Below are positions 62,647-64,000 of a stretch of DNA of 64,000 nucleotides, piece by piece. Position numbers and translations under genes: made by a program. Under the pieces are notes generated by a model, which was given only the letters and a program-made list of their open reading frames with translations, was not told where the DNA came from and did no database searches. How positions within the stretch are numbered: the stretch's first letter is position 1; each line of letters begins with the position of its first letter. Source of the stretch: Escherichia phage pEC-M2929-1AR.1; sequence record OP177727.1, one strand, 5' to 3'.

Positions 62647-62886
62647 TTACATTCCTACCATAGCGGCGCGGATACTGGTTTTGCTGAATTTATAGCCATC
62701 TGGCGTAGTATTTTGGCCCATTTCGTTAAGTAGTGACATCATTTCACGCGCGGCGTTATCTTTATTGTTGTTCACGGCTATAAATTCTTTTGCCATATTA
62801 TAAAAACCTGGATCGTTATTAATCCAAAGGCTTACATTCCAATGAGTTTTATTTTTGTGACCGTTGTACATTTTAGATTTAGCCAT
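62647..62886 (-). CDS. hypothetical protein (79 aa)
   Basis: ORF track. Confidence 0.5.
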   Translation of the reverse strand: MAKSKMYNGHKNKTHWNVSLWINNDPGFYNMAKEFIAVNNNKDNAAREMMSLLNEMGQNTTPDGYKFSKTSIRAAMVGM

Positions 62887-62908
62887 GATTTTTCTCTCTT
62901 TTTCAGTG

Positions 62909-62969
62909 AGGCGGGAAGTGTTCCCGCTCTCTATGTAATATAGTTTACTCTTTTTATTCGTGCTGTCAA
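62909..62969 (-). promoter_or_regulatory. early promoter plus hairpin module (hairpin GCGGGAACACTTCCCGC)
   Basis: Minus-strand TTGACA (62964-62969), TTACATAGAG, hairpin variant. Confidence 0.55.
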
Positions 62970-62975
62970 TGCTTT

Positions 62976-63341
62976 TTATAAATCTTTTTTACGTTTTACA
63001 TCGCTCGCATGACTGTATACAGCGATCCCATTATCACGGCAAAAACGGGAAAGGTAGGCATAATTTGAAAATTCTTTACCTTCCAGGTTGATAACCTTGC
63101 TAAATTCTTCCAGGGCGACGGTATCAAAATGATCACCATAGCCATATTGAAACGGAACGTTAACCACTTCGATCAGTTTACCGCCGATCTCAACGTCAAC
63201 CATCAAAGAGAAATAAGTATTACCATAAGACTTTTGAAACCAGCGACGGGCGCTAATATGTACCGCTTCAATGCTGGATAGTTCAATTTTAGCAGTGTTA
63301 GCTAGGGTAGCATAAGCAGAAACATTGATATTTTTAGCCAT
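62976..63341 (-). CDS. hypothetical protein (121 aa)
   Basis: ORF track. Confidence 0.5.
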   Translation of the reverse strand: MAKNINVSAYATLANTAKIELSSIEAVHISARRWFQKSYGNTYFSLMVDVEIGGKLIEVVNVPFQYGYGDHFDTVALEEFSKVINLEGKEFSNYAYLSRFCRDNGIAVYSHASDVKRKKDL

Positions 63342-63428
63342 GATTTTATTCCTTAGTAACGCTTTAATTTATATAAGCATTATAGCTTACTGATTTCAGG
63401 TGTCAAGTGATTTTTTATTTCACTTTAT

Positions 63429-63484
63429 GGGGCGTTGCCCCGTTCTATGTGGTATATATTACGGTGCTTGTTTGCATATGTCAA
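63429..63484 (-). promoter_or_regulatory. early promoter plus hairpin module (short hairpin GGGGCAACGCCCC)
   Basis: Minus-strand TTGACA (63479-63484), ACCACATAGAACGGGGCAACGCCCC. Confidence 0.5.
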
Positions 63485-63487
63485 ACC

Positions 63488-63970
63488 TTACACAATGCAA
63501 TTTTCATAATTTTTTAAGGCTTGTCTTTTTTCCTCTTCCGTCGGCATGTATGGCTGGATCTCTTCCTCTTCCAGGGTAGGCATGATTTCTTCCTCTTCCT
63601 CCTGGTCGCCCTGGTCTTCCTCTTGCGCTATGGTAACAAGTTTATTGATCTTCTCCTGGGCTTTAATTAGTTTTGCATCTAGCACCATTTTAGCGGTGTT
63701 GTATACAGTCCATGCCATGCGCTTTTCTGCGTATGCCTTATCTAGTGCGGCTAATTTAGCGGGATACTCTTCCAACACCTTAAAAGCCGGATCAATGCTG
63801 TACAAGGGATTATTTTTAGCGTCATCGCTTGGATCTGCGGCGCTTGCAATGTCAGCGTTACCATTCGCCAGCCATCCAGGGCGAACGGATCTCGTCCTGG
63901 TGTTGCCGTTGCTCTTTGCCGCTCGATTTCCTATCTGCTCCCCGCTATACCCTACCATGTGATCGATCAT
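63488..63970 (-). CDS. hypothetical protein with acidic EEEE-rich N-terminal region and basic C-terminus
   Basis: ORF track; start may be internal. Confidence 0.45.
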   Translation of the reverse strand: MIDHMVGYSGEQIGNRAAKSNGNTRTRSVRPGWLANGNADIASAADPSDDAKNNPLYSIDPAFKVLEEYPAKLAALDKAYAEKRMAWTVYNTAKMVLDAKLIKAQEKINKLVTIAQEEDQGDQEEEEEIMPTLEEEEIQPYMPTEEEKRQALKNYENCIV

Positions 63971-64000
63971 GTCATCTGGTATTATGCGCGGATCATTTGC

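Overview
This window reads as a densely packed, AT-rich segment of a virulent tailed-phage genome; the host is probably a gammaproteobacterium, judging by sigma70-consensus TTGACA promoters and Fur-box-like palindromes. A Felix-O1-like identity is possible but is only an inference. All calls come from reading the sequence and ORF track by eye; no searches or folding programs were run. Layout: (1) 1-3200, a minus-strand cluster of about 18 tRNA genes with a few small ORFs and tRNA-like elements between them; (2) 3900-6600, a minus-strand pair of a NAMPT-family and a PRPP-synthetase-family gene, consistent with a phage NAD+ salvage or NARP1-type reconstitution module; (3) 7000-42400, a long plus-strand array of nucleotide-metabolism and DNA-transaction genes, including an RNA-repair-like trio (phosphoesterase, RNA ligase, P-loop kinase), DNA ligase, MazG-like, RdgC-like, RNase H/FEN-like, a 3'-5' exonuclease, HNH endonuclease, tdk, 5'-nucleotidase, ThyX-like, nrdA/nrdB, a complete rmlBACD dTDP-rhamnose operon, glutaredoxin, T4-type lysozyme, PhoH, an HslV-like peptidase, two DNA methyltransferases, a small serine recombinase, a Ser/Thr phosphatase, a DprA-like protein and a zinc-less Sir2-family protein; (4) 42600-54200, a minus-strand block of small early-type genes with several paralogous families; (5) 54200-55930, a 1.7 kb non-coding region with Fur-box-like palindromes, an iteron array and a C-depleted tract; (6) 55930-64000, minus-strand small genes, most preceded by a repeated module of a sigma70-like promoter followed by a perfect GC-rich hairpin. 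No CRISPR array, rRNA or integrase/att structure was seen. The candidates I consider most novel are the NAD+ module together with the Sir2 operon, the promoter-hairpin modules, and the non-coding iteron/Fur-box region. Coordinates of starts and of RNA genes are approximate, and hypothetical ORFs from the track between the listed features are not all itemised.
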